A DNA stretch of 64,000 bases, taken from Candidatus Iainarchaeum sp. Its GTDB lineage: Archaea > Iainarchaeota > Iainarchaeia > Iainarchaeales > JAFCCW01. Positions 1 to 9,822 of the stretch are shown piece after piece (position 1 is the stretch's first letter; each line of letters opens with the position of its first letter). Below the pieces are notes generated by a model that worked only from the letters and a program-made list of their open reading frames with translations, had not been told where the DNA came from and searched no databases. The stretch covers positions 21,652 to 85,651 of the forward strand of contig JAFCCW010000013.1 of assembly GCA_017609985.1 (NCBI GenBank). The letters are read 5' to 3'. Made by a program: the position numbers and the translations under genes.

Positions 1-588
1 GAGTATGCAAAGAAATGGGGTGTTGACCTGATTGTTTCAAGAAACGAGGAAGCAATCAAGCAGGGCATGGGTCCTGATAAGGGAAAATTTGAATGCTGTA
101 ACGCGCTTAAGACGATTGCTCTCAAGCAGGCTATTGCAGAGCATGGTTTCAAGGCATTGCTTCTTGGAATTAGGCGAGACGAGCATGGAATCAGAGCAAA
201 GGAGCGGGTGTTTAGTCCGCGAAACACTGATTTCAAATGGAACTACAAGGACCAACCGCCAGAGCTCTGGGACCAGTACAAGAGCAAAGCAGATGAAGAA
301 CAGCATATCAGGGTTCATCCTCTTCTTCATTGGCGAGAAATAGACATCTGGAAATACATCAAGAGGGAAAACATTCCAATTACTGATTTATATTTTTCTG
401 GCGGCAAGCAAAGATATCGTTCACTTGGTTGTGAAACCTGTTGCGGAAAAGTTGCCTCAAAGGTCAGGACAATAGATGAGATGATTAAAGAGCTTGAAAC
501 CACTGATGTTGCTGAAAGGTCGGGCAGAGCACAGGACAAGGAAAAAGCTTACATGATGCAAAAACTCAGAACGCTTGGATATATGTGA
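1..588 (+). CDS. cysD: Sulfate adenylyltransferase subunit 2, 5'-partial
   Basis: Frame open from base 1. Motifs GIRRDEHGIRAKERVFSPR, PPELW, IRVHPLLHW and YRSLGC; overlaps cysN. Confidence 0.92.
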   Translation, partial: EYAKKWGVDLIVSRNEEAIKQGMGPDKGKFECCNALKTIALKQAIAEHGFKALLLGIRRDEHGIRAKERVFSPRNTDFKWNYKDQPPELWDQYKSKADEEQHIRVHPLLHWREIDIWKYIKRENIPITDLYFSGGKQRYRSLGCETCCGKVASKVRTIDEMIKELETTDVAERSGRAQDKEKAYMMQKLRTLGYM

Positions 589-593
589 TTGAA

Positions 594-1838
594 ATGAACG
601 AGAACAAAGCGAAGGAAAAAGAGCATCTTAAATTTGTAATAGTTGGTCATGTAGACCATGGCAAGTCCACTCTAATCGGCAGGCTTTTCTATGACACAAA
701 GTCTCTGCCTCAGGGAAAGATGGAGGAAATAGAACAGGCAAGCAAGGAGCTGGGAGGAAGAATAGAATTTTCTTTTATCATGGATCATCTTCAAGAAGAG
801 CGAGAGCAAGGAATTACAATTGACACAGCCCAGACATTTTTCAAAACTCCAAGGCGGGAATACGTTATAATTGATGCTCCGGGACACAAGGAATTTATCA
901 AGAACATGATTACTGGCGCAAGCCAGGCAGAAGCAGCTATTCTTATTGTTGATGCAGAAGAGGGAGTGCAAGAGCAAACCAAAAGGCATGCTTACATTCT
1001 TGGAATGCTTGGTCTTGAACAAGTCATTGTTGCAATGAACAAAATGGATTTAGTGGATTTCAAAGAAGGCAGATTCAATGAAGTAAAAAAAGAACTTGAA
1101 GACTTTCTTTCTTCACTTGGTATTTCTCCATCTTATGTAATCCCAATTTCTGCAATGGGCGGAGACAACGTGGCAAGCAATTCAGACAAGATGCCTTGGT
1201 TTTCTGGCCCAAGCATTCTTGAAGCACTTGATACTTTCAAGCTTACTGCTCAGCCCACGCACAAGCCAATGCGCTTTCCAGTTCAGGATTTTTATGATGT
1301 TGACGGAAAAAAGATTTTTGCGGGAAGAGTTGAAGCAGGAATTGCAAAACAAGGAATGAATGTAGTGCTTCTTCCAAGCGGACAAAAAACAAAAATTAAG
1401 AGCATTGAAGAATTTCTTGCAGAGCCAAAGCAGGCAGAGGCAGGAAAATCAATTGGAATAACTCTTGAAGAAGATGCGGGAATTGACAGGGGTGAGATTG
1501 TGTGCGAAGCAAACCCTCTTCCAAGAACAGTTTCTGAATTTGAAGCATCTGTTTTCTGGATTTCAAAAGAGGGATTCAAGGAAGGAGATTCAATTATCTT
1601 GAAGATTGCAACAGAGGAAGTTCCTTGCAAAATTTCCAAAATTAATAGATTGATTGATTCTTCAACTCTTGAAGTAATTTCTGAAAATGCTTCTTCTCTG
1701 AATCCAAACGAAGTAGCAGAAGTTGTAATTCAAACAGAAAAGCCAGTTGTAATTGAAAACTTTAACAAAACACCTGCTCTCGGTCGCTTTGTTCTCGTAA
1801 AAGAACTAGAGGTTAGTGCAGGCGGAATTATTGCGTGA
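594..1838 (+). CDS. cysN: Sulfate adenylyltransferase subunit 1 (EF-Tu-like GTPase)
   Basis: GHVDHGKST, EREQGITID, DAPGH and NKMD motifs; directly follows cysD. Confidence 0.92.
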   Translation: MNENKAKEKEHLKFVIVGHVDHGKSTLIGRLFYDTKSLPQGKMEEIEQASKELGGRIEFSFIMDHLQEEREQGITIDTAQTFFKTPRREYVIIDAPGHKEFIKNMITGASQAEAAILIVDAEEGVQEQTKRHAYILGMLGLEQVIVAMNKMDLVDFKEGRFNEVKKELEDFLSSLGISPSYVIPISAMGGDNVASNSDKMPWFSGPSILEALDTFKLTAQPTHKPMRFPVQDFYDVDGKKIFAGRVEAGIAKQGMNVVLLPSGQKTKIKSIEEFLAEPKQAEAGKSIGITLEEDAGIDRGEIVCEANPLPRTVSEFEASVFWISKEGFKEGDSIILKIATEEVPCKISKINRLIDSSTLEVISENASSLNPNEVAEVVIQTEKPVVIENFNKTPALGRFVLVKELEVSAGGIIA

Positions 1839-1843
1839 TGCTT

Positions 1844-2026
1844 ATGACTGAAAAAGTAACTATTGCAATTCCTAAACAACTCTATGATGAAATAAGCAAA
1901 GAGATTAATGGAACTGGCTTTTCCTCTCCAAGTGAGTGGATTCGCTACATCCTAAGACAGGCTCTCTCTGCAACAAAAACAGGAAAGCGTGACATAATCT
2001 CCTTTCCTTATCTTGGAGAAAAATAG
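1844..2026 (+). CDS. CopG/ribbon-helix-helix protein
   Basis: VTIAIPKQLYDEI...GFSSPSEWIRYILR fits the RHH pattern; in operon with cysN. Confidence 0.75.
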   Translation: MTEKVTIAIPKQLYDEISKEINGTGFSSPSEWIRYILRQALSATKTGKRDIISFPYLGEK

Positions 2027-2050
2027 GGTTTAAGAAAAACAGGGTTTAGC

Positions 2051-3814
2051 ATGACAAAAAAAGTTCTTATTCTTGGCATTGACGGAGCTTCACCTGAAAA
2101 AGTCAAGAAGCTTATTTCAGAAGGCAGAATGCCTAACCTTGAAAAAATTTCAAAGCAGGGTTCGCAATCAACACTTCTGACAACTCATGCTTCTCAATCG
2201 CCAGTTGCATGGAGTTCTTTCTCAACAGGACTTAATCCTGGAAAGCATGGTCTTTACGATTTTATTACTCGCGATCCGAATTCCCTTTCTCTTCAGCTTG
2301 GCCTTAACCGGGAAGAAATCGGAACAGGCGGACAAAGTGTTTACAAAGCAATTCAAAAGGGCAAGCCTTTCTGGGAAACTCTTTCAGAAAACAATGTCAA
2401 AGCATTCTCCCTGTTCATTCCAGTAACCTTTCCTGCAAAAGAATGGAGTGGAAGGCTTGTCTGCGGAATGGGAACACCAGACTTAAGGGGAACACAGGGA
2501 GTGCCGACTCTTTTCACTACAAGAAACATCGAGAAACAAGATGCTGTAATAATTGAAAACAAAGAGCAGGTTTCTTCAACTCTTTCCGGTCCAAGAGAGT
2601 CAACTATTCCAATTTCCTTCAAGTTCTTTTCAGACAAGGTTTCTATCAAGGTTGCTGACAACAATTTTGAACTGAGTGAAGGTGAATGGAGCGATTGGCA
2701 AAAAGTTTCCTTCAATCTTGAGTCAGGAGAGCGAGAGGGAGTTGTTCGCTTCAAGCTACTTCATGCAGGAGCAGAAAAAGAAGTTTACTGCTCGCCAATA
2801 ATGATTTCTCCATTCAATCCATTTACTCCAATTTCTCACCCAACCCGGCTTTCAAAAGAGCTTGCTGAGAAAGTTGGGGTTTACAAAAACAATTCCTTTG
2901 AATCAGATGTCCATGGTTTGAAAGAAGAGTTAATTAACGAGCAAACTTATCTGGAGGACATGTATTATACTCTTGAATCCAGGGTAAAGGTGCTAGAACA
3001 CGAGTTGGAACGCGAGTGGCAGTTCGGATGCATTGACTTGTTTCTTGTTGACCGAGCACAGCACATGTTTATGCGCTTTGTTGATGAAAAGCACCCTTAT
3101 CACGAACCAAATTCAATTTACACAGGCGAGATAGACAAGGCTTATGAAAAAATAGACGAGGCAATTGGAAGAATTTCTGAAAAGCTTCCAAAAGACACTC
3201 TTCTCTTTGTCATCTCTGACCACGGCTTTGGTTCCTATCGTTACAGCGTGGACATCAATAAGATTCTTCACAAAGCAGGACTTCTTTCATACAAATCAGA
3301 TGGCTCTTCCATGTACGACATTGACTGGTCTAACACAAAAGCTTTTGCCTGTGGCTTTTCAGGAATCTATCTAAACCTTGAAGGCAGGGAAGCAAACGGG
3401 ATTGTGAACGAAGAAGAAGCTGAAGAACTCAAACAAAAAATAAAGCAGGTTCTCTTCTCATTTGTCTGGCGTGAAAGCAAGGTTTTTGAAGACGTAAAAT
3501 TCAAGGAAGAAATTTACTCAGGCGACATATCAAATTTTCCAGAATTGATTCCATATTATGCTTATGGTTTTAGAGCAAGCAAGGCAACTGCGCTTGGCGG
3601 TCTGGGTTGCGAGCAAGCAGTCAGCGAAAACATGAACAAATGGAGCGGAGACCACATTGGTCCAGGCTCTCCTTCCAAGTGGGCTGGAATAATCCACTGC
3701 AATCAAAAGCTTAATTTAGATAATGCAAATATTATGGATCTTGCACCAACAGTTCTTGAATACTTTGGCGTGAAGCCAGAAGACGGGCAATTTGACGGAA
3801 AAAGTTTAGTTTGA
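2051..3814 (+). CDS. Alkaline phosphatase superfamily protein (type I phosphodiesterase/nucleotide pyrophosphatase-like)
   Basis: LILGIDGA, SPVAWSSFSTGLNPGKHG, DRAQH, ISDHGF, SGDH and IMDLAPTVL motifs. Confidence 0.88.
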   Translation: MTKKVLILGIDGASPEKVKKLISEGRMPNLEKISKQGSQSTLLTTHASQSPVAWSSFSTGLNPGKHGLYDFITRDPNSLSLQLGLNREEIGTGGQSVYKAIQKGKPFWETLSENNVKAFSLFIPVTFPAKEWSGRLVCGMGTPDLRGTQGVPTLFTTRNIEKQDAVIIENKEQVSSTLSGPRESTIPISFKFFSDKVSIKVADNNFELSEGEWSDWQKVSFNLESGEREGVVRFKLLHAGAEKEVYCSPIMISPFNPFTPISHPTRLSKELAEKVGVYKNNSFESDVHGLKEELINEQTYLEDMYYTLESRVKVLEHELEREWQFGCIDLFLVDRAQHMFMRFVDEKHPYHEPNSIYTGEIDKAYEKIDEAIGRISEKLPKDTLLFVISDHGFGSYRYSVDINKILHKAGLLSYKSDGSSMYDIDWSNTKAFACGFSGIYLNLEGREANGIVNEEEAEELKQKIKQVLFSFVWRESKVFEDVKFKEEIYSGDISNFPELIPYYAYGFRASKATALGGLGCEQAVSENMNKWSGDHIGPGSPSKWAGIIHCNQKLNLDNANIMDLAPTVLEYFGVKPEDGQFDGKSLV

Positions 3815-4312
3815 TTAACTTTCTTTTTTCAATGCAAGCCATGACAGCAATATAATTTCTAAGATTAGTATTGCTGCAAATAAAATAAGATTATAATAAA
3901 CTTGTGAAAGTGCTACAAACATCAAGATTAGCATTCCTCCAAAGAACAACGCGCTTGCGACAGTCCTGTTTGGAATCATCACTAATGCTAAAACTATTAA
4001 TAAAATCGCAAATAACATTGAACCATAAGTTGTAATTAATTCTTGAATTTCATAATTTGACATTGGAAGATCACAATAGCCATAAAACGATGAAAATTCG
4101 TCTAATTCAGACCCGCCGCTCCATTCTCCGCCCGCGGTCACACACTCAGCTTGGGTTTCAGCATCGTATATTTTATCATAGTCTATTACTACTCCGTTTG
4201 CAACAAAACTGGCAAAATACGAGCCTCCAAAAACTACAAGCGAAGCAATTATTGTTCCAAGAAGCAATGCAACAACTGTCTTGTCAACCGGGTTTGTTTT
4301 CAGACTAAGCAT
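3815..4312 (-). CDS. Hypothetical membrane protein with a Cys-containing extracellular loop
   Basis: N-terminal TM, ECVTAGGEW..GYCD loop, then three C-terminal hydrophobic segments. Confidence 0.65.
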   Translation of the reverse strand: MLSLKTNPVDKTVVALLLGTIIASLVVFGGSYFASFVANGVVIDYDKIYDAETQAECVTAGGEWSGGSELDEFSSFYGYCDLPMSNYEIQELITTYGSMLFAILLIVLALVMIPNRTVASALFFGGMLILMFVALSQVYYNLILFAAILILEIILLSWLALKKES

Positions 4313-4345
4313 TTTGATTTATTTGTTTTAAGTAATATATAAACA

Positions 4346-5785
4346 TTACTTCCCAATCAAGTAACTAAAAAAAGTCTTTGCGCTCTTGAACAAGCGAGGA
4401 ATTTCTTTTGGATGAGACAGCGACTGTTTCAATTTCTTGAACATATACTTTGGTCTGAGATAAAATTCCTTTCTTCCATCATCACACATTTGAACAAGCT
4501 CTTCATTGCTTAGCTCTGGTCTGCTGATTAATGTGTTGTGGCTTCCCTTGTCGTCAACCCATTTTCTATAATCTTCGGTTATGAGATATTTCTTTTTCTT
4601 GAAATAGTCATAAGCCTCTGTTCCAGGATAAACCATTATCGGAAAAAACTGTGCTGTGTCTGGATCAAGCTCTTTTGAAAAATTAATTGTTTTTCTAATG
4701 GTTTGCTTTGTTTCTCCCTTATTTCCAAGCATAAAGCACCCATGAATAAGAATTCCTGCTTTTTTTGTGTCCTTCATAAACTGTCTTATTGTCTCAAGCT
4801 TTGTTCCCTTTTTGATGTTGTTAAGAATTTTCTGTTCTCCTGACTCAAAGCCGACGCACAACAGCCTGCAGCCAGCCTTCTTCATTTCAATGAGTGTTTC
4901 AAGGCTTACATCTGCTCTTGCATTGCAACTCCAAACCATCTTTATGTCTTTGTTTTTCAATTGTCTGCAAAAAGCCTTTACTCGCTCAGGGTCTGCAGTG
5001 AAAGTATCATCTTCAATAAAAACCTCTTTAACTTCTGGAAAATTCTTTTTGATGTATTCAAATTCTTTCACGACATTGGAAACACTTCTTCGTCTGTAGT
5101 CGTGTCCGTTCATTGTCTGTGGCATCACACAATAAGTGCATCTGTAAGGACAGCCTCTTCCCGTGATTATGGTTATTTCCGGAAAAAGATTTGCTGGATA
5201 AAAATAGTCGTAAATGTCAAGATGATTTTTGTAGACTTCGCTAACAAATGGAAGTTCATCCAAGTTATGTATAAACTCTCTTTTCTTGTTTTCTATTATC
5301 TTTCCTTTTTCTCTGAACACCAAACCGTCAACTTTCTTCAAACTCTTTCCTGCTTCAAGCTGTTCTGCTAAATCCCTTAACGTGTAATCATACTCTGCTA
5401 CTGCAACAGCGTCAACACCCTTGTTCATTCCAAGCACTTTTTTTGGGAGTGCGCTCACATGAGTTCCCACTAGAACAGTGAAGCATTTGCAAGTTATCTT
5501 AATTTTTTCAGCAATCTTTACGTCTGAATGAATTGAAGCAGTGCTTGTGTCTATTACTACAAGCTCTGGCTGGAATTCTTTTACAATTCTAAGAACATCT
5601 TTCACACCCATGTTCTTGGGTGGAGCATCCAACAGTTTTACTTCATGCTTTTCTTTTTCCAAGACACCTGTTGCATAAGCCATCCACATTGGATAATAGA
5701 CACAACCTCCCTTTGAAACCGCTGGCGAACGAGATGTTCGCGAAAAGCGAGGCAGGAATGGTGGGTTAAGCAGCAGTATCTTCAT
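4346..5785 (-). CDS. Cobalamin-binding-domain radical SAM enzyme (HpnJ-like)
   Basis: N-terminal B12-binding-like domain (LLNPP, GTHVSALP), GRGCPYRCTYC, DDTF and VGFESG. Confidence 0.88.
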   Translation of the reverse strand: MKILLLNPPFLPRFSRTSRSPAVSKGGCVYYPMWMAYATGVLEKEKHEVKLLDAPPKNMGVKDVLRIVKEFQPELVVIDTSTASIHSDVKIAEKIKITCKCFTVLVGTHVSALPKKVLGMNKGVDAVAVAEYDYTLRDLAEQLEAGKSLKKVDGLVFREKGKIIENKKREFIHNLDELPFVSEVYKNHLDIYDYFYPANLFPEITIITGRGCPYRCTYCVMPQTMNGHDYRRRSVSNVVKEFEYIKKNFPEVKEVFIEDDTFTADPERVKAFCRQLKNKDIKMVWSCNARADVSLETLIEMKKAGCRLLCVGFESGEQKILNNIKKGTKLETIRQFMKDTKKAGILIHGCFMLGNKGETKQTIRKTINFSKELDPDTAQFFPIMVYPGTEAYDYFKKKKYLITEDYRKWVDDKGSHNTLISRPELSNEELVQMCDDGRKEFYLRPKYMFKKLKQSLSHPKEIPRLFKSAKTFFSYLIGK

Positions 5786-5830
5786 TTTTTCACTCTCTTC
5801 ATTTTATTTTTCAATCTTTAATTTCATATT

Positions 5831-6556
5831 TCACTCATCTTCAAGCTTTCTTGTTTCCTTGTTTGCGTGAAGCAGGTCTTCAAAGTCTCCTGCGTCAAGC
5901 CACTTGTCTTTTAGCATACTTGCCTTTAGCATTCCTCGCTTGAGATAATCTCGGTTAACATCAGTTATTTCTGTTTCACCTCTTGCCGAGGGCTTGACTT
6001 TTCTTATTATATCAAACACGTTCGGTGAATACATATAAATCCCAATTGAAATAAGATTTGAAGGCGGGTCTTTCGGCTTTTCAATAAGCTCTGTTACCTT
6101 GTCTTTGTCCATGACAGCAACACCCGACTTCATTGCCTCTTCTCTTGTTCCATTGTAAAGCATAATCCTTGCTTCTTCGTCTCCCTTTTCAAAATCTTCT
6201 GCAAATTCCTTCAAAGACTCAAAGATGATGTTGTCTCCGTTGATTGAAATAAATTTCTCGTCTCCAACAAAATCTTCTGCCAGACTGATTGCTGAAGGAA
6301 TCCCGCCCGCCTCGTCCTGCACACGGTAAGTAAACTTGACTCCAAATTCCTTTCCGCTTCCCAAAAGAGTGAAAATGTCTCCAGCATGGTTTGTGCCAGT
6401 AACAACCAGAATGTCCTTTACCCCAGCACTTTTCAATGCCTCAAGTGGATAATAAATCATTGGCTTGTTCCAAACAGGGAGAAGATGCTTGTTTGTCACT
6501 TTTGTCAAAGGCATCAGCCTGCTTCCTGTTCCGCCTGCAAGTATAACTCCTTTCAT
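5831..6556 (-). CDS. rfbA: Glucose-1-phosphate thymidylyltransferase
   Basis: ILAGGTGSRLMPLT, NKHLLPV, EKP and SARGETEITD motifs. Confidence 0.88.
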   Translation of the reverse strand: MKGVILAGGTGSRLMPLTKVTNKHLLPVWNKPMIYYPLEALKSAGVKDILVVTGTNHAGDIFTLLGSGKEFGVKFTYRVQDEAGGIPSAISLAEDFVGDEKFISINGDNIIFESLKEFAEDFEKGDEEARIMLYNGTREEAMKSGVAVMDKDKVTELIEKPKDPPSNLISIGIYMYSPNVFDIIRKVKPSARGETEITDVNRDYLKRGMLKASMLKDKWLDAGDFEDLLHANKETRKLEDE

Positions 6557-6981
6557 TCAATCACCTCTTCCATGTATTTTTTCAAGAACTCTTCAATTTC
6601 CAGTCCCATGATTTCTTCCCTTGTCTTCCAAGCCCATTCTGTGTGCTCATGGCTTAATTTGATTTCAGTGTTTTCTTCAATCCTGCAAGGCAGAACAGCA
6701 TAGTAAACCCAAATATCTTTTGTTTTTCTTTCTTCAGAGTATGCAAAAACAGGTCTGCCAGACTTAACCTTTAACCCAGTTTCCTCCAAAACCTCACGCT
6801 CCAATCCATTCTCTGAATTCTCTCCCCATTCGAGTCGTCCTCCGGGAAAATCCCATGCTCCCGGGTACTGCTTTGTGCCCGTGCTTCTCTTTATGACAAG
6901 AAACTTTCCATTCTTTTTAATCTCTGCTTTCTGGGCAACATGAAAATGATATTTTTTATTGTCTTTGTCCATTGCATCCAT
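6553..6981 (-). CDS. NUDIX hydrolase
   Basis: Nudix box PGGRLEWGENSENGLEREVLEETGL plus LSHEH. GGTGA RBS precedes ATG 6981. Confidence 0.88.
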   Translation of the reverse strand: MDAMDKDNKKYHFHVAQKAEIKKNGKFLVIKRSTGTKQYPGAWDFPGGRLEWGENSENGLEREVLEETGLKVKSGRPVFAYSEERKTKDIWVYYAVLPCRIEENTEIKLSHEHTEWAWKTREEIMGLEIEEFLKKYMEEVIE

Positions 6982-6985
6982 AAAA

Positions 6986-7960
6986 TCACCCAACCAACTC
7001 TTTCCACCAGTCTTCGTTATCAATATACCACTGGATTGTTTCTTTTAATCCTTCTTCAAAATTCTTTTCAGGTCTCCATCCAAGTTTTTCAATCTTTGAA
7101 CAGTCAAGGCTGTACCTGAGGTCGTGCCCCAACCTGTCCTCAACGTGGTCAATCATTTCTTTTCCCTTGCCAAGCTCTTTCAATATCTTGTGCGTCAGGT
7201 CAATGTTCTCTAATTCGTTTCCTCCACCAATATTGTAAATTTCTCCTGCTTTTCCTTTTTCAAGCACTGCATCTATTCCCTTGCAGTTGTCTTCTACGTG
7301 CAACCAGTCCCTGATGTTCTTTCCATCACCATATACTGAAACATTTTTTCCCCTCAACAGGTTTGTCACAAACAATGGAATAAGCTTTTCAGGAAACTGC
7401 CTTGGCCCATAATTGTTACTGCTTCTGGTAATGCACACATTCATGCTGTGCGTGTTATGATAACTAATTGCAAGAAGGTCTCCAGCAGCCTTTGCAGCGC
7501 TGTAAGGATTGCGTGGATTCAGCAGGTCTGTTTCCGCACTACTTCCCTGCTCTACACTCCCATAAACTTCGTCTGTTCCAATTTGAATAAATTTTTCAAC
7601 TCCTTCTTCTCTTGCACAGTCAAGCATTACCTTGACTCCCTCAAAATTTGTTCTCACAAAAGCGCTTGCGTCCTCTATTGAACGGTCAACATGGCTTTCT
7701 GCAGCAAAATTCACTACAGCATCACATCCAGCAACAGCTTTTCTTACGTCACTTGCTTTTGTAATATCTCCCTGCACAAACCTGAACCTGTCTTCACTCA
7801 GCCCCTCAAAATTTTCCTTTCTTCCGGCATAGGTTAGTGAGTCAAGGCAAACAAGCTCTGTTTCAAAATGCTCGCGCTGAAAATAGTGCAGAAAATTGCT
7901 TCCAATAAAGCCGGCTCCACCGGTTACAAGTAATCTGCTTATTTCACTCATAGTCATCAC
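6986..7960 (-). CDS. rfbB: dTDP-glucose 4,6-dehydratase
   Basis: TGGAGFIG, AAESHVDRSI, TDEVYG, YSAAK and QFPEKLIP motifs. Confidence 0.95.
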   Translation of the reverse strand: MMTMSEISRLLVTGGAGFIGSNFLHYFQREHFETELVCLDSLTYAGRKENFEGLSEDRFRFVQGDITKASDVRKAVAGCDAVVNFAAESHVDRSIEDASAFVRTNFEGVKVMLDCAREEGVEKFIQIGTDEVYGSVEQGSSAETDLLNPRNPYSAAKAAGDLLAISYHNTHSMNVCITRSSNNYGPRQFPEKLIPLFVTNLLRGKNVSVYGDGKNIRDWLHVEDNCKGIDAVLEKGKAGEIYNIGGGNELENIDLTHKILKELGKGKEMIDHVEDRLGHDLRYSLDCSKIEKLGWRPEKNFEEGLKETIQWYIDNEDWWKELVG

Positions 7961-8008
7961 AAATTAACGCTTTCTAATGGTTTTAAACCTATTCGTGCAG
8001 TCATCAAA

Positions 8009-8950
8009 CTATTTTTTATACCATTCAATTGTCTTCTTGAGTCCTTTTTCAAGAGGATAGTTTGGTTTCCACAATAGTCTTTTTCTAAGCTTTTGCGAAG
8101 AAAGCACTGGCTCGTTCACGCCCACATAGTCTGGCTGTCTGAACTCTGGCTTAATATCCACGCCGCACATAGTGATTATTTTTTCAACAATTTGCAGAAC
8201 TGAATGCTGTTCTTCTGTTGAAATATTGAATGCTTCTCTGTTAACTTTTATTGAGTCAATGTTTTCAATCAGCAAAACATATGCAGAGACAACATCTTCA
8301 ATAAACACAAAATCTCTTTTGGAAAATCCCTTTCCATTCACAACTGGTTTTTCTCCAGACAAAATCCTCTGAATCGTGTTAGTGATAAGTCTTGTTCCAT
8401 TCAAGTCCTTTGGACCATAAGCATTCCCAAGCCTTGTGATAACTCCAGTAACTCCACAAGTTTCAAAATAGCTTTTTGCAATGTTTTCAGCACAAGCCTT
8501 GCTTGCACCATATGGATTTTTTGCAAGCAACAAATCTTCTTCAGAAATAACTTTTTTTTCCTGTGTCCCGTACACTTTTCCGCTGGAAGCAAAAACTATG
8601 CTTGCTCTTTGCTTTCTGCATGCCTCCAGCACATTCAGACTTCCCAAGATATTTATTTCAAAAGTTTCTTTTGGTTTCTCAATTGCTTTTCCCACAGAAG
8701 ACTGCGCTGCAAGATGCACAACAAGTTCCTGTTCCTTGATTGCAGACTCTATTGCGCCTGCATCAAGCAAGTCAGCTTCTTTTACAAAAACTTTTTCTTC
8801 TAGACCATGCAATGCAAGACTTCCTTTTTTTTCCTTATCCTGCAACACAGCAGTAACAATTGCTTCCTGCTCTACAAGAGCTTTGCAAAGCCATCCTCCG
8901 ATGAAACCGTTTGCTCCCGTGACAGCAATCTTTTTTCCTTTAAGTTTCAT
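8009..8950 (-). CDS. NAD-dependent nucleotide-sugar epimerase/dehydratase
   Basis: TGANGFIG, HLAAQ, YGASK and NAYGP motifs. Confidence 0.88.
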   Translation of the reverse strand: MKLKGKKIAVTGANGFIGGWLCKALVEQEAIVTAVLQDKEKKGSLALHGLEEKVFVKEADLLDAGAIESAIKEQELVVHLAAQSSVGKAIEKPKETFEINILGSLNVLEACRKQRASIVFASSGKVYGTQEKKVISEEDLLLAKNPYGASKACAENIAKSYFETCGVTGVITRLGNAYGPKDLNGTRLITNTIQRILSGEKPVVNGKGFSKRDFVFIEDVVSAYVLLIENIDSIKVNREAFNISTEEQHSVLQIVEKIITMCGVDIKPEFRQPDYVGVNEPVLSSQKLRKRLLWKPNYPLEKGLKKTIEWYKK

Positions 8951-9722
8951 TGTCTTTCTCACTTTTTTCCTGTTTTTTAACTGCATAAAATATCATGTCC
9001 CAGCCAAATCCAAGAAGGCGATGTCTGGGAAGCAACGAATCCGCAAAAAAGTTCAGGTTATAAATTATTTTTGAGTTATCAACCCAGCGTCCGCCATATA
9101 AAGGAGGCGTGCGCGAAACAGACTTAACAGCAAAACCTGCTCTGGCAAGCCTTTTTTCCAGCTCCCTGCTCCCCTGCAAAGCAATATGCCCTTCATCCAT
9201 CCAATCTTCCTTTTTGTTCATCCTGTGAAAATTTTTTTTCAAAGAATCTGCTTTACTGCCTGCTATTTTATCAAAAATCAGTTTAGGCAAATTCGTTTTG
9301 TTTGGAGTTGAAAGAATCAGCTTGCCTCCTGGCTTGAGCAGGAAACTGATTTTTTCAAGGAAATTATCTGTATCCTCAATGTGTTCAAGAACTTCACTGC
9401 ACACAACCACCTCAAACAAGTCTTTGTTTTTAGGGCAGTAGCTGAATATGTCTGCTGCAAAAAATTCAACGTTTTTAATTCTGTTCTTTTTTTTCAGAGT
9501 CTGCGCGGCAATTATTGCTGCTTTGTCAATGTCAATTCCAAAAAATTTGTTTTTTTTGTGCTTTTGGGCAAGCATTGCCAGAAGTTTTCCCCTGCCACAC
9601 CCAATCTCTAAAACACGGGAATCTGGTTTTTCTACAAGAGCGGTTTCAGCATACTGCTCTATTTCCTTGACCAAAATGTTCCACGAATATGCTGCGCTGA
9701 AACTGGCTGTAATCACAAGCAA
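8940..9722 (-). CDS. Class I SAM-dependent methyltransferase
   Basis: VLEIGCGRG, CSEVLEHI and LKPGGKLILSTPN motifs. Confidence 0.88.
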   Translation of the reverse strand: MLVITASFSAAYSWNILVKEIEQYAETALVEKPDSRVLEIGCGRGKLLAMLAQKHKKNKFFGIDIDKAAIIAAQTLKKKNRIKNVEFFAADIFSYCPKNKDLFEVVVCSEVLEHIEDTDNFLEKISFLLKPGGKLILSTPNKTNLPKLIFDKIAGSKADSLKKNFHRMNKKEDWMDEGHIALQGSRELEKRLARAGFAVKSVSRTPPLYGGRWVDNSKIIYNLNFFADSLLPRHRLLGFGWDMIFYAVKKQEKSEKDNET

Positions 9723-9822
9723 TCACTTTCCAAATTTTTTTCCAACAAAATCACCTGCTATTTTTATATAATCTTTACAGAAACTTCACAAAATCTTCCC
9801 ATTATAATACTGCGCCCTGAAT

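Noticed and set aside
594-1838. EF-1alpha/EF-Tu call
   Set aside because: Coupling to cysD and the EQTKRHAYI motif indicate CysN.
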